A stretch of DNA of 64,000 nt from Candidatus Kerfeldbacteria bacterium (lineage in GTDB: Bacteria > Patescibacteriota > Patescibacteriia > UBA10025 > JAHIVO01). A program made the position numbers and the translations under genes. The notes under the pieces were generated by a model that saw only the letters and a program-made list of their open reading frames with translations, searched no databases and had not been told where the DNA came from. Shown here in pieces: positions 47,934 to 58,593 of this stretch. Location: assembly GCA_047946875.1 (NCBI GenBank), contig CP181398.1:399154-463153 (forward strand), written 5' to 3'. Numbering within the stretch: position 1 is the first letter of the stretch; every line of letters starts with the position of its first letter.

Positions 47934-49088
47934 ATGCAGAAATGTGTTTTATTTAAAAAACTAATTGAAATTATGGAAAATCAAAATTCAATACTAGATA
48001 AGGTGATTTCCAGTAAAAAAACTTTAGATATCGAACAATTCAACCCAGTAGAGGTTGTTTCTTCGTTATTAAAAGATTTAACCAGTAGAGAAGAAGATGT
48101 TCTCAGAAGAAGGCATGGATTACTTGGAAAAGAAAAGGAAACATTAGAAAATATTGGAGATACCTACAAGGTTACTCGTGAAAGGATTAGACAAATTGAA
48201 AAAACAGCAATAGTAAAGATAAAAAAGAATAAATCATTTGTAAACATTTCAGCTCCAATTGAAAGAACTAGCTTTTCTGTTTTAGAGCAACACGGTGGAG
48301 TAATGTCAGAAGATTCTTTACTTGATGAATTATTACAAGTTTCTGGTAATAATTTGACTAATAGACAAAATATTCTTTTTATTATTTCTGAATTATTAGA
48401 TAGTAAATTTAAAAAAATTAAAGAAGATGAAACATTTAGAGAGTCATGGCAAATAGTACATGCTCCTATTCATCTACTAAAGGATACTTTAAATTTTTTA
48501 TATGAATTTATTGAAGAGAATAAAAAACCTTTAACTGTAGATGATGTTATACGAAAGTTTAAAGAATCTGAATTCTATTCAAAAAATAGTGATCAGTTTA
48601 CTGATGAGGTAATAATCTCATATTTAGAAATTAGTCCAAAAATATCTCAAAATCCATTTGGTGAGTATGGTTTGACATCTTGGGGTAGTGTGGTTCCGAA
48701 AAGAATGAACGATAAAATATATTTGGTATTAAAACGGCAAAATAAACCTATGCATTTTAATGAGATTACAGAAAAAATAAATGAAATTAAATTTGATGAA
48801 CGTAAGGCATATCCACCAACAGTTCATAATGAACTAATTCTAAATAAAAAATATGTATTAGTTGGTAGAGGTATCTATGCATTGAAAGAGTGGGGATACG
48901 AACCAGGTGTAGTTTCAAATGTTTTACAAGAAATTTTAAAGAAGGAGGAAAAACCTTTAACTAGAGAAGAGTTAGTTAAGAGTGTGTTGGAGCGAAGGAT
49001 TGTAAAAAAGAACACTATTCATTTAGCTTTAACAAACCGAGAGAAATTCAAAAAATTGTCTGATGACACTTATACTCTCGTAGAATAA
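47934..49088 (+). CDS. sigma-70 region-4 HTH domain protein with uncharacterised C-terminal domain
   Basis: LTSREEDVLRRRHGL...ETLENIGDTYKVTRERIRQIEKTAIVKI matches the sigma-70 region 4.2 pattern. Regions 2 and 3 are absent. Confidence 0.55.
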   Translation: MQKCVLFKKLIEIMENQNSILDKVISSKKTLDIEQFNPVEVVSSLLKDLTSREEDVLRRRHGLLGKEKETLENIGDTYKVTRERIRQIEKTAIVKIKKNKSFVNISAPIERTSFSVLEQHGGVMSEDSLLDELLQVSGNNLTNRQNILFIISELLDSKFKKIKEDETFRESWQIVHAPIHLLKDTLNFLYEFIEENKKPLTVDDVIRKFKESEFYSKNSDQFTDEVIISYLEISPKISQNPFGEYGLTSWGSVVPKRMNDKIYLVLKRQNKPMHFNEITEKINEIKFDERKAYPPTVHNELILNKKYVLVGRGIYALKEWGYEPGVVSNVLQEILKKEEKPLTREELVKSVLERRIVKKNTIHLALTNREKFKKLSDDTYTLVE

Positions 49089-49102
49089 AAACAAAAATTA
49101 TT

Positions 49103-50521
49103 ATGGATTTTCTTTTTGACCCGCAGTCATTTTTAGGAACAATGCCAAATGCCTCAAATCCTTTTTCGGCTATGTTTTTGCTTATCCAAAATGGTGGTTG
49201 GATTTTAATTTTATTAACTCTAATTTGGGGGGCGTGGATTGCATGGGTAGAATATATACGAAATAAATTTAATAGTGAACAAGAAGAAATCTTACTGGCT
49301 ATTGATATTCCCAAAGGCAATGAACAAAGTCCAAAAGCTGTCGAACATATTTTTTCACATTTATTTGGAATATATAAAGGAGGTACACTTAAAGATAAAT
49401 ATATAAAAGGTTATAACCAATGGGCTATTGGGTTGGAGATAGTAAGTATTGAAGGTTATATCCAATTTTTGATACATACTCCTTTACGGTTTAGAGATTT
49501 AGTTGAAGCATCTATATATGCGCAGTATCCAGACGCTGAAATTACAGAAGTTGAGGACTATGTAAATTTAATACCAAAACCACTCGAGTTCCCACATCGC
49601 GAATGGGATTTTTGGGGAAGTGAGTTTGCTATGCAAAAAAATGAGTTATATCCAATTGTAACATGGCCAACGTTTGAACATTCTTTGAGTCAAACGTTTA
49701 TGGATCCAATGGCATCGATGCTTGAATCAATGAGTAGGATGGGTCCAGGAGAGCATTTATGGTTACAAATAATTATTGCACCTGAAAATTCTAGTTGGAA
49801 AAAAAGAAGCGAAGCCCTAATAAATAGATTGATTGGCAAAAAAAATGGTGGAAGTAAGTCGGATTGGATGTATTTCCCAAGAGAAATAACCAAAGGACTT
49901 TCCGAATCAATGACAGCATCTATAATACCACCTAGTGAGATGGCAGGTGCTAACCAAAAAACAGAAAGAGAATGGCCAAGTATGATGCAACATTTATCAC
50001 CTTCCGAAAAAGAAGTTGTGGAAGCTATAGGATTAAAAATGAATAAACTTGGATTCAAATCTAAAATACGTTTTATATATGCTGCTAAAAAAGAAGTACT
50101 CAATAAGCCAAAAGGCGTTGATGCAATAAAGGGAGCTTTATTGCAATTTAGTAGTCAAAATTTAAATGGATTTATACTTGATACAAAGACAAGAACAAAG
50201 ATAAATTATTTTTTTAAGAAAACTAGAACTTTATGGAGAAAGCATAGGATATTAAGAAATTATCGGGCAAGAAGTATTAAAAAAGGTAGAAGAAAATATA
50301 TATTAAACATTGAAGAATTGGCGACTATTTGGCATTTCCCAATAAGTGAGGTTGTTCAAGTACCAACTGTTCAGACTGTGGCTGCTAAGAAAGGGCAAGC
50401 TCCGACTAATATTCCTGTTGATAGAGGAAAAGAAACTGTTTTAGGTAGTTCTATGTTTACTAATAAAGATAAAGAACCAGAGAGAAAAATATCTCCACCA
50501 CCTAACATACCTTTTGTATAA
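49103..50521 (+). CDS. hypothetical membrane protein (partner of the downstream VirD4-like ATPase)
   Basis: One N-terminal TM and a soluble domain of about 420 aa. It ends 3 bp before the next gene. Confidence 0.5.
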   Translation: MDFLFDPQSFLGTMPNASNPFSAMFLLIQNGGWILILLTLIWGAWIAWVEYIRNKFNSEQEEILLAIDIPKGNEQSPKAVEHIFSHLFGIYKGGTLKDKYIKGYNQWAIGLEIVSIEGYIQFLIHTPLRFRDLVEASIYAQYPDAEITEVEDYVNLIPKPLEFPHREWDFWGSEFAMQKNELYPIVTWPTFEHSLSQTFMDPMASMLESMSRMGPGEHLWLQIIIAPENSSWKKRSEALINRLIGKKNGGSKSDWMYFPREITKGLSESMTASIIPPSEMAGANQKTEREWPSMMQHLSPSEKEVVEAIGLKMNKLGFKSKIRFIYAAKKEVLNKPKGVDAIKGALLQFSSQNLNGFILDTKTRTKINYFFKKTRTLWRKHRILRNYRARSIKKGRRKYILNIEELATIWHFPISEVVQVPTVQTVAAKKGQAPTNIPVDRGKETVLGSSMFTNKDKEPERKISPPPNIPFV

Positions 50522-50523
50522 AT

Positions 50524-52236
50524 ATGGTAACTATAAACCCAGAAGATCAAGTAGTATCATTTGCCAGAACAAACTTTCGTAACATGGAAAAAAAGTTTGG
50601 CATTAAAGTTGATGACAGAAGACGTCATATGTATTTGATTGGAAAAACTGGCATGGGTAAAACTACTGTTATTGAAAATATGGTAATTTCTGACATAAAA
50701 GCAGGTAGAGGTTTAGCGCTAGTTGACCCTCACGGTGATCTAATAGAAAAGGTTATTCAGTATATACCATCATATAGAGTGAATGATGTTGTTTATTTTA
50801 ATCCTGCGGATACAGACAATCCTATTGGATTTAATGTTTTGGAGAGTGTAGACGAGTCTCAGAGACATTTAGTTGCTTCTGGGTTAATGGGTGTCTTTAC
50901 TAAAATATGGGAAGGTGTATGGAGTGCTAGAATGGAATATATATTAAATAATGCAATATTAGCATTACTAGAATACCCAGGATCTACTATGTTAGGAATA
51001 TCTCGAATTTTAGTAGATAAAAAGTTTAGAAATAAAGTTATTGATAAAGTTACAGATCCGGTTGTTAAAGCTTTTTGGAAAGAAGAGTACGCAGGCTATA
51101 ATGAAAGATTTAGAAATGAAGCTATTGCTCCTATTCAAAATAAGGTTGGACAATTCTTATCTAGTTCTGTAATTAGAAATATAGTTGGACAACCAAAGAG
51201 TACTATCGATTTGAGAGATTTAATGGATTCTGAAAAAATATTATTATTTAATTTATCTAAAGGTAGGGTAGGTGAAGATAATTCTGCTTTATTAGGTGCA
51301 ATGATGATTACAAGAATTCAATTAGCAGCTATGAGTCGTGTAAATATAGAAGAAAAAGATAGAAAAGATTTTTATTTATATGTTGATGAGTTTCAAAATT
51401 TTGCTACAGAAAGTTTTGCTAGTGTACTGTCTGAAGCTAGAAAATATAGACTAAATCTAATCATCGCTCATCAGTACATTGAACAGTTAGATGAGACAGT
51501 AAGAGCTGCTGTATTTGGAAATGTGGGTACAATAATATGTTTTAGAGTAGGAGCAGGAGATTCAGAATTTTTAGCAAAAGAATTTTTTCCAGTTTTTTTA
51601 GAAGAAGATCTAATTAATCTTACAAAGTATAATGTATATCTTAAATTAATGATTGATGGTGTATCATCTGAGCCTTTTTCAGCAATAACATTACCGCCAA
51701 TAGAAGGACGTACAAATAATAGGGATAAAGTTATTTCTGTCTCTAGAGAGAGATATAGTAAGCCAAAAGAATTAGTAGAAGAAAAAATATTAAGATGGAG
51801 TGGAGTCAATGATACAATTAAATTAAGTGAAAATACTGCACCAAAAAAAGATTATTCTACAAATAAACCCCCATATAAAAAACCCGTTAGCAATAGCTAT
51901 ACTCCAAATAGATCAAAAACACCCTATGTCAAAAAAACTGAATCAAAGAGACCAGAATCAGAAAAGCCTGAATTAGAGAAAAAACCTTTTCAAAAAAAAC
52001 CTTTCAGAGAACCTATAAAGAATCTTGAATCTGTAAAAATTGATAATCAAGATAAGACTATTTCACTAAAAGAAGCCTTGAGTGGCAAAACAAATAAGTT
52101 TTCTGGTAGGAATAACAAATCTCAACAGAAAGATAGACCTCAATTTAATAAACAAACTAGACCAAATCAGATAAATTCTACTAATAGTTCACAATCATTA
52201 AAAAAAGGTCAGGTGGTTAATTTTAATAAAAAATAA
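50524..52236 (+). CDS. VirD4/TraD/TraG-like (type IV coupling-protein family) P-loop ATPase with K/P-rich C-terminal tail
   Basis: Walker A LIGKTGMGKTT, Walker B LYVDEFQNF, and NLIIAHQYIEQL (the Q..QL of T4CPs). The last ~150 aa are low-complexity, basic and Pro-rich. Confidence 0.6.
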   Translation: MVTINPEDQVVSFARTNFRNMEKKFGIKVDDRRRHMYLIGKTGMGKTTVIENMVISDIKAGRGLALVDPHGDLIEKVIQYIPSYRVNDVVYFNPADTDNPIGFNVLESVDESQRHLVASGLMGVFTKIWEGVWSARMEYILNNAILALLEYPGSTMLGISRILVDKKFRNKVIDKVTDPVVKAFWKEEYAGYNERFRNEAIAPIQNKVGQFLSSSVIRNIVGQPKSTIDLRDLMDSEKILLFNLSKGRVGEDNSALLGAMMITRIQLAAMSRVNIEEKDRKDFYLYVDEFQNFATESFASVLSEARKYRLNLIIAHQYIEQLDETVRAAVFGNVGTIICFRVGAGDSEFLAKEFFPVFLEEDLINLTKYNVYLKLMIDGVSSEPFSAITLPPIEGRTNNRDKVISVSRERYSKPKELVEEKILRWSGVNDTIKLSENTAPKKDYSTNKPPYKKPVSNSYTPNRSKTPYVKKTESKRPESEKPELEKKPFQKKPFREPIKNLESVKIDNQDKTISLKEALSGKTNKFSGRNNKSQQKDRPQFNKQTRPNQINSTNSSQSLKKGQVVNFNKK

Positions 52237-52250
52237 ACTAAAAAAATACT

Positions 52251-52742
52251 ATGGTAACCAATAAGTTAAGGCCACCGATTTATGATAGAAGTGGCAATCT
52301 ATTGAAACATTTACAATACGATAGAATAGATAATTATGTATATATTGGTACTACGATTTGTTGTCAGTATCATCTAAACCTGTTAATAAAAAAGAATATA
52401 ATTGCAGATATTGATCTAGAGCAAGAAAAAATGGATAAGCCTTCTGGTGTCACTGCCTTTTTATGGTTACCAACTATTGATTTTACCCCACCATCCCAAC
52501 TTCAGCTATTTGCTGGAGCTGATTTTATTCACACTTTGGTTAAAAATAAAATGAAATGTTATGTTCATTGTAATGCTGGATTGGGACGTGCACCAACTAT
52601 GGTGTCAGCGTATTACATTTTACATAGGGGACTAACCCCAAAAGAAGCAGTAAAAAGAATTAGGAAGAATAGACCCAGAGTTAGTCCTAATAATAAGCAG
52701 ATGGCTGCTTTAGAAAGGTTCTATAAGGAAGTTAATAAATAA
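52251..52742 (+). CDS. dual-specificity / tyrosine protein phosphatase
   Basis: CX5R P-loop VHCNAGLGRAPT. Confidence 0.75.
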   Translation: MVTNKLRPPIYDRSGNLLKHLQYDRIDNYVYIGTTICCQYHLNLLIKKNIIADIDLEQEKMDKPSGVTAFLWLPTIDFTPPSQLQLFAGADFIHTLVKNKMKCYVHCNAGLGRAPTMVSAYYILHRGLTPKEAVKRIRKNRPRVSPNNKQMAALERFYKEVNK

Positions 52743-52877
52743 TATAAACAAACAAGTCTATTGTTTTATTAATAGGCTGTTTTGTTATTTATTAGTATCA
52801 TCTAGAAATTTTTCAATCTCATATTGAGAAAGATTGCTATTGTCAATATTTGCATAATGGAAAAATTTTTAAAATAA

Positions 52878-54197
52878 ATGTATAATATAAGTATGAAAAT
52901 AACTAGATTTGAAATAAATAAATATAAAAGTATTGCCAGTAAGTTTAATTTAATAGACCCCGGTAAAATTCATTTTTTTATTGGATCAAATAATGCTGGT
53001 AAAACAAATATATTAGATGCCATTTATCAAGTTTATAATAGAGATAATATCAGATTTCCTGATAAACAGACTGATTTGGAAATTGATTTTTCAGTAACAA
53101 GTAAGAATGGAAAATTACTACAGGTTAAACAGAAGAATGGAATTAAGAATTTTTTATTGGATAATAAAAAAATTAACAGTGAAACCGCAAAGACAATATT
53201 AGATAAACATATTATTAGAATACGAGCTACCAAACCAATATTGATAAGTAGGTTGCAGAAAGATTATTCAATTTTTAGAAAGAAATATCCACATGAATTC
53301 AAACAATTCTCCAAAACAATTTCTGATTATATTCCGCAAATAAAATTAAGTGATATATTCGAAAAAAGTAAAGGTATTCATGATGATAATATTATAAGGC
53401 CATTTGAACGACTTGGTGATGGATTTCAACAGGTTTTTGTTATACTAATGTATTTATTTAATCCTGTTTACACAATAATGCTTTTAGAAGAGCCAGAGAT
53501 TCATTTACATCCTGCTTTAATAAAAAAATTATTAAAGATTTTAGAAAATAGAAATTATAACGATCAAATTTTTTTAACTACTCATTCACCTTTATTTATA
53601 AATATAAATAGTTTGCATAGATTGTTTAGGGTAGTAAAAGAAGAAGGAAAAACTATTGTATATTCACCTAGGCTTACAGGCATAAAATTAAATTACACAA
53701 GACTAAAGCAAGAGTTAAACGCAGATAATAGCGAAATGTTATTTTCTGATAAAGTATTATTAGTAGAAGGTCCATCTGATCATATTCTATTGAGGGCGCT
53801 TATTGATAGATTTTATAAAGGAGGGAAAGATATAAAAGTAATCCAAACGTATGGTAAGAGTAATGTCGACATTTATACACAATTACTAGAGATGTTTATG
53901 ATTCCTTATGCTGTCTTATTAGATAGAGATGCTTTATATGATACAGGTGTGAAATTAGTAGCAAAGGAAATAGGTAATAGTTACGCAAAGACAGAAAATA
54001 CCCTAATAAATATTTTGAAAAAACACAATATTTATATACTACCAAACGGAAGTATAGAAAAAAATTATCCTCGTAGATATCAAAGAAGACGTAAACATAA
54101 GCCTCAGAATGCAATGTATGCTGCTTCACATATTACTGAAAATGAATATAAATCACCTTTAATGAAAAATATCAAAGAAGTAATAGATAATTTATAA
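52878..54197 (+). CDS. OLD-family ATP-dependent endonuclease (ABC-type ATPase + Toprim), class 1 (no helicase partner)
   Basis: N-terminal KITRFEINKYKSI...GSNNAGKTN (Walker A), LLEEPEIHLHP (Walker B) and LTTHSP (H-loop). The C-terminal Toprim has VLLVEGPSDHILL and VLLDRD. Confidence 0.7.
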   Translation: MYNISMKITRFEINKYKSIASKFNLIDPGKIHFFIGSNNAGKTNILDAIYQVYNRDNIRFPDKQTDLEIDFSVTSKNGKLLQVKQKNGIKNFLLDNKKINSETAKTILDKHIIRIRATKPILISRLQKDYSIFRKKYPHEFKQFSKTISDYIPQIKLSDIFEKSKGIHDDNIIRPFERLGDGFQQVFVILMYLFNPVYTIMLLEEPEIHLHPALIKKLLKILENRNYNDQIFLTTHSPLFININSLHRLFRVVKEEGKTIVYSPRLTGIKLNYTRLKQELNADNSEMLFSDKVLLVEGPSDHILLRALIDRFYKGGKDIKVIQTYGKSNVDIYTQLLEMFMIPYAVLLDRDALYDTGVKLVAKEIGNSYAKTENTLINILKKHNIYILPNGSIEKNYPRRYQRRRKHKPQNAMYAASHITENEYKSPLMKNIKEVIDNL

Positions 54198-54305
54198 TAA
54201 TATACCAAGATAACAGTAAAAATGGGCTCTTGTACTCCAAAAAAATGTGATAAATGTGGGAGTAGTAAAAATAGTTTAATTTTCAAAAAGAAAGTAGCTT
54301 TGTAA

Positions 54306-55373
54306 TTGTATATGAATATAGAAAATAAAAAAGTATTCGTGGCAATGTCCGGAGGCGTTGATTCATCTGTGGCTGCTTATCTTCTAATTAATGAAGGATG
54401 TGATGTTACTGGTGTATACATGAAGAACTGGTCAGACCCATTGGCTGATGAATGTCCTTGGCGTGAAGACATTAAAGATTTTAGAAAAGTTTGCAAAATC
54501 TTAAAAATCCCCGCTAGGATAGAAGTTTTTGAAGAAGAGTACAGAAAAAAAGTTGTAAAGTATTTGGTAGATGGTTATAAAAAAGGAATTACGCCAAATC
54601 CAGATATGTTATGCAATAGTGAAATTAAATTCAAATTATTTTTGGACAAAGCAAAAGAACTAGGAGCTGATCTGATAGCTACTGGTCATTATGTAATTAA
54701 AAAAGAAATTAAGGGAATTCATAATTTATACCAAGCTAAAGATGGAAATAAAGACCAGTCATATTTTTTAGCATTGTTAAACCAAAAACAATTAAGTATG
54801 TCATTATTCCCAATTGGAATTTATCCAAAAAATGAAATTAGAAAAATTGCAAAAAAAGCAAAATTACCCGTTCATGATAAAAAAGATAGTCAGGGAATAT
54901 GCTTTATCGGTAAAGTAAAGTTTAGTGATTTTATTAGAGACTTTGTTCCTCGTAATGAAGGCGATATTATAACAGATAAAGGTGAGATAATTGGTAGGCA
55001 TGACGGTGTATCTTATTATACAATCGGTCAAAGACATGGATTGAAGATTGGTGGTGGTGTGCCATATTTTGTGATTAAAAAGAATAAAAAAACGAACGAA
55101 TTGGTAGTTGCCAAAGGTTCTAGTAATGTTAATTTATTCAATAAAGAGTTAATTGCAAATAAATTCAATTGGATTAGTAATGAAAGAATTAAATTACCTT
55201 TAAATTGCTATGCTAGGATTAGGTATCGACAACCATTACAAAGATGTAGAGTTACTAAGAAAAATGGTATATACTCTATTACTTTCACTAAACCTCAAAG
55301 AGCTATAACTCCTGGACAATTTATAGTCCTATATAGTAGAAGAAAAATGTTGGGTGGCGGAGTAATTAATTAA
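54306..55373 (+). CDS. mnmA: tRNA-specific 2-thiouridylase MnmA
   Basis: PP-loop AMSGGVDSS, TGHY, CFIG. Confidence 0.85.
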   Translation: MYMNIENKKVFVAMSGGVDSSVAAYLLINEGCDVTGVYMKNWSDPLADECPWREDIKDFRKVCKILKIPARIEVFEEEYRKKVVKYLVDGYKKGITPNPDMLCNSEIKFKLFLDKAKELGADLIATGHYVIKKEIKGIHNLYQAKDGNKDQSYFLALLNQKQLSMSLFPIGIYPKNEIRKIAKKAKLPVHDKKDSQGICFIGKVKFSDFIRDFVPRNEGDIITDKGEIIGRHDGVSYYTIGQRHGLKIGGGVPYFVIKKNKKTNELVVAKGSSNVNLFNKELIANKFNWISNERIKLPLNCYARIRYRQPLQRCRVTKKNGIYSITFTKPQRAITPGQFIVLYSRRKMLGGGVIN

Positions 55374-55382
55374 TTTATCGTT

Positions 55383-55952
55383 ATGTATGTATTTATAGGT
55401 GGAGTACCTACAACTGGGAAAACTCATTTAGTAAAAGATTTTATAAAGAAATCAAAACTTAATATTTTGCATGTTGAGATTGATGACATTAGAGATAAAT
55501 TTAAAAATGACGTTAATCTTATAAAATGGGTAAATTTTTTTAGAGATCAAGATGAAGATGTTTATTGGCAAAATACTTCTTGTCAGAAGCACATAGAGAA
55601 TGTAGTTAGGCAATCCGAGGAGTTATGGCCTCATATTTTAGAACAAATTATTAATATACAAAACAAACACGAGCATGTAATTTTTGAAGGAGTTCAACTA
55701 ATGCCAAGATTGACAAGAAAATTTTTAAAAATGAATGGATTTTTTTTGATCCCACCAGATATTGAAACAATATATATTAGATTAGTAGCTCATAAAAGAT
55801 GGGGGGTTACAAATGATCAAAAAAGGAATGAAGCAAAATGTTTTTTTGAAGGGGATGCTAAATACATAAATACGGAGGCTAGAAAGTTTGGTTATAAAGT
55901 TTTTGATAATACTGATGAAGGTTATAGTCAATTATATAAATGGTTTAATTAA
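55383..55952 (+). CDS. P-loop NTPase / kinase-like protein
   Basis: An N-terminal Walker A GGVPTTGKTH in a small protein of about 190 aa. Confidence 0.45.
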   Translation: MYVFIGGVPTTGKTHLVKDFIKKSKLNILHVEIDDIRDKFKNDVNLIKWVNFFRDQDEDVYWQNTSCQKHIENVVRQSEELWPHILEQIINIQNKHEHVIFEGVQLMPRLTRKFLKMNGFFLIPPDIETIYIRLVAHKRWGVTNDQKRNEAKCFFEGDAKYINTEARKFGYKVFDNTDEGYSQLYKWFN

Positions 55953-56125
55953 CATTAATGCCTGATTTACAACAACATCATCATATAGAATACTCATTCA
56001 AAAAAGAAATGAATGAATTATGTATGAGCGTATGTCTTAAAAATGTTGCTATTGAGCTGGTAGTAATATTTAAGCCAATTTATTTTTATTAAGATTTTAC
56101 TTTTTCAGTACAAAAATGTATACTT

Positions 56126-57949
56126 TTGACTATGGAATCAAATAAAATTAGACAAAAATATATAAAATTCTTTATTAAGAATAAACATAAAGTTATTGAT
56201 TCTTCTTCGTTGTGGCCTCATGACGATCCTTCTGTTTTATTAACTACGGCTGGTATGCAGCAACTTAAACCATATTTCTTGGGTGTTAAAGATGCAAAAA
56301 AGGATTTTGAATCTACTAGGTTGGTATCAATCCAAAAATGTTTTAGAACATCTGACATTGAAGAGGTTGGTGATGCTATTCATAGTACAATGTTTGAAAT
56401 GCTAGGAAATTTTTCTATTGGTGACTATTTTAAAGATGAAACAATTGATCTAGCATGGAAATTCCTAACTAAAGAGTTAAAATTAGATAAGAATAAGTTA
56501 TGGGTAACAATCTTTGCTGGAGATAAGGAGATTTCCAAAGATTTGGAAGCGGAAAAATATTGGAAACATTATTTACCAAAAGATAGAATAGTCGGTTTTG
56601 GGAGAAATGAAAATTGGTGGGGACCCGCTGGTGATTCTGGTCCATGTGGACCTAGTTCAGAAATTCACTATGATTTTACTTCTGAGCCATGTGCTAAGGG
56701 AAAGAAATGTCTTCCAAATTGCAATTGTGGTAGATTTATGGAACTTTGGAATTTAGTTTTTACCGAATTTAATATGAGCAAATTAGGTAAAATTAAAAAT
56801 CTTCCATCTAAAAATATTGATACAGGTATGGGTTTCGAAAGGTTGGTTTTAATATTACAAAAAGGAAAAAACATTTACGATACAGATCTATTTAAAAAAA
56901 TTATCGAAAAAATAAACTTAGATAAAAATTTTGGATCTACTTCGGACATTGAAGACGAGGTTAGAAGAAGAATTATAGCAGATCATTTTAAAGGTAGTAT
57001 TTTTTTATTAGCTGATGGTATTAATTTTAGTAATAAAGAGCAGGGTTATATATTAAGAAGAATTTTTCGTCGTGCATTGGATCAATATTTATATACCAAT
57101 TTTAATTTTGAATTACTAATAGACGAGATTATTAATACTTACAGCAAACAATATCCATTATTAATAAAAAGAAGAGATTTGATTATTGAAAGAATGGACA
57201 AAGAGCTCGAATTATATAAAAAAGTATTAGATGTTAATATTGATGAAGTTGTTAAGAAGATGAAGGGTTTAAAAAAATCTGATGAAAAAGATCAAAACAA
57301 AGTACCTTCAATTCGAGAACTAACAGCTAGTCAAGCATTCGTATTGTTTTCTACATATGGTTTATCGCCTGAGAGGATTAAAAAAAAAGGATACAAATTT
57401 AATTTTGATGAATTTAATAAAGAGGTGGAAAAACATCAAAAATTATCAAAAAAAGGCGCACATAAAAAATTTGGCGGTCATGGATTAAATAGCGGTGAAG
57501 CAAGTAGTGCGGATTTAAAACAGATGACAAAATATCACACAGCTACTCATTTATTACATCAAGCTCTTAGGGATATCCTAGGTGATCATGTGAGACAACA
57601 GGGATCAGATATTAATCCTGAAAGGTTACGTTTTGATTTTGAACATCCAGTAAAATTAACTGATGAAGAAAAAGGTAGAATTGAAGAGCTAATAAATTCT
57701 GAAATATCTAAAAATCACATCGTTATGAAGGAAGAAATGAGTTACGATAAAGCCCTGAAATCTGGTGCTTTGGCATTTTTTAAAGATAAATATCCTAAAA
57801 ATGTAACAGTTTATAGAATTGGTGATTTTTCTAAAGAAATATGTGGAGGACCGCATGTAAAAACTCTCAAAGATATTGGTAAATTCAAAATAATTTCTGA
57901 GAAATCTTCATCATCCGGTATAAGAAGAATTAAAGCTATCTTTGAATAA
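56126..57949 (+). CDS. alaS: alanine--tRNA ligase, truncated form (catalytic + editing domains, no C-Ala domain)
   Basis: AlaRS class II core (FRTSDIEEVGD, FEMLGNFS) and the editing HxxxH/CxxxH motifs (HTATHLLH, CGGPH). It is 607 aa. Confidence 0.85.
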   Translation: MTMESNKIRQKYIKFFIKNKHKVIDSSSLWPHDDPSVLLTTAGMQQLKPYFLGVKDAKKDFESTRLVSIQKCFRTSDIEEVGDAIHSTMFEMLGNFSIGDYFKDETIDLAWKFLTKELKLDKNKLWVTIFAGDKEISKDLEAEKYWKHYLPKDRIVGFGRNENWWGPAGDSGPCGPSSEIHYDFTSEPCAKGKKCLPNCNCGRFMELWNLVFTEFNMSKLGKIKNLPSKNIDTGMGFERLVLILQKGKNIYDTDLFKKIIEKINLDKNFGSTSDIEDEVRRRIIADHFKGSIFLLADGINFSNKEQGYILRRIFRRALDQYLYTNFNFELLIDEIINTYSKQYPLLIKRRDLIIERMDKELELYKKVLDVNIDEVVKKMKGLKKSDEKDQNKVPSIRELTASQAFVLFSTYGLSPERIKKKGYKFNFDEFNKEVEKHQKLSKKGAHKKFGGHGLNSGEASSADLKQMTKYHTATHLLHQALRDILGDHVRQQGSDINPERLRFDFEHPVKLTDEEKGRIEELINSEISKNHIVMKEEMSYDKALKSGALAFFKDKYPKNVTVYRIGDFSKEICGGPHVKTLKDIGKFKIISEKSSSSGIRRIKAIFE

Positions 57950-57999
57950 TTGCTAATTTTAGCGAAATATTTAGTATTATTATATCTTGCCAAAATTAC

Positions 58000-58027
58000 T
58001 TGACATATATTTTTTCTTTGCTATAAT
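58000..58027 (+). promoter_or_regulatory. consensus sigma70-type promoter (TTGACA-16-TATAAT) for the infA-rpmJ-rpsM-rpsK-rpsD-rpoA-rplQ operon
   Basis: Perfect -35 and -10 hexamers about 160 nt upstream of infA. Confidence 0.55.
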
Positions 58028-58184
58028 TTACTTTATACACAAATCGTTTAAAAGATAATATAACTACTGAAAAACAAGCCTTAGGCAGGATTTTATTGAA
58101 AAATAAATGGGTGAAACAATAATTTGTTTCAGCTATACTTGCCTTAAGAAATATATTTAAGGTTTTTTATTAAATAAATCGTTT

Positions 58185-58469
58185 ATGAAAAAAAAGAATA
58201 ATAACGATAATCGAGTAGTTAATGAAGATAGTAAGGAAGAAAGAGCTGCGAAAAAGAATAAAAAAGGTTTTATTGAGGTTGAGGGTGTTGTAGAAGAATT
58301 ATTACCAGCAGCAAATTTTCAAATAAAACTGGATAATGGTCATCCAGTAAGGGCCCATTTATCAGGTAAAATGAGAATGCATAAGATAAGAATATTACCT
58401 GGAGATAGAGTAACTGTAGAAATGACTCCATATGATTTAACAAAGGGTAGAATAACATATAGACGCTAA
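58185..58469 (+). CDS. infA: translation initiation factor IF-1 (with N-terminal K/E-rich extension)
   Basis: An S1-like core: [60 protein letters not shown]. Confidence 0.85.
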   Translation: MKKKNNNDNRVVNEDSKEERAAKKNKKGFIEVEGVVEELLPAANFQIKLDNGHPVRAHLSGKMRMHKIRILPGDRVTVEMTPYDLTKGRITYRR

Positions 58470-58474
58470 ATATT

Positions 58475-58588
58475 ATGAAAGTAAGAGCATCAGCCAAAAA
58501 AATGTGCGCAAAATGTAAAGTTACGAGACGAAAAAAAAGAGTCTATGTAATTTGTGAAAACCCTAAACATAAACAAAGACAAGGATAA
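58475..58588 (+). CDS. rpmJ: 50S ribosomal protein L36
   Basis: [37 protein letters not shown]. It is not in the ORF track because it is 37 aa long. Confidence 0.8.
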   Translation: MKVRASAKKMCAKCKVTRRKKRVYVICENPKHKQRQG

Positions 58589-58593
58589 AATAT

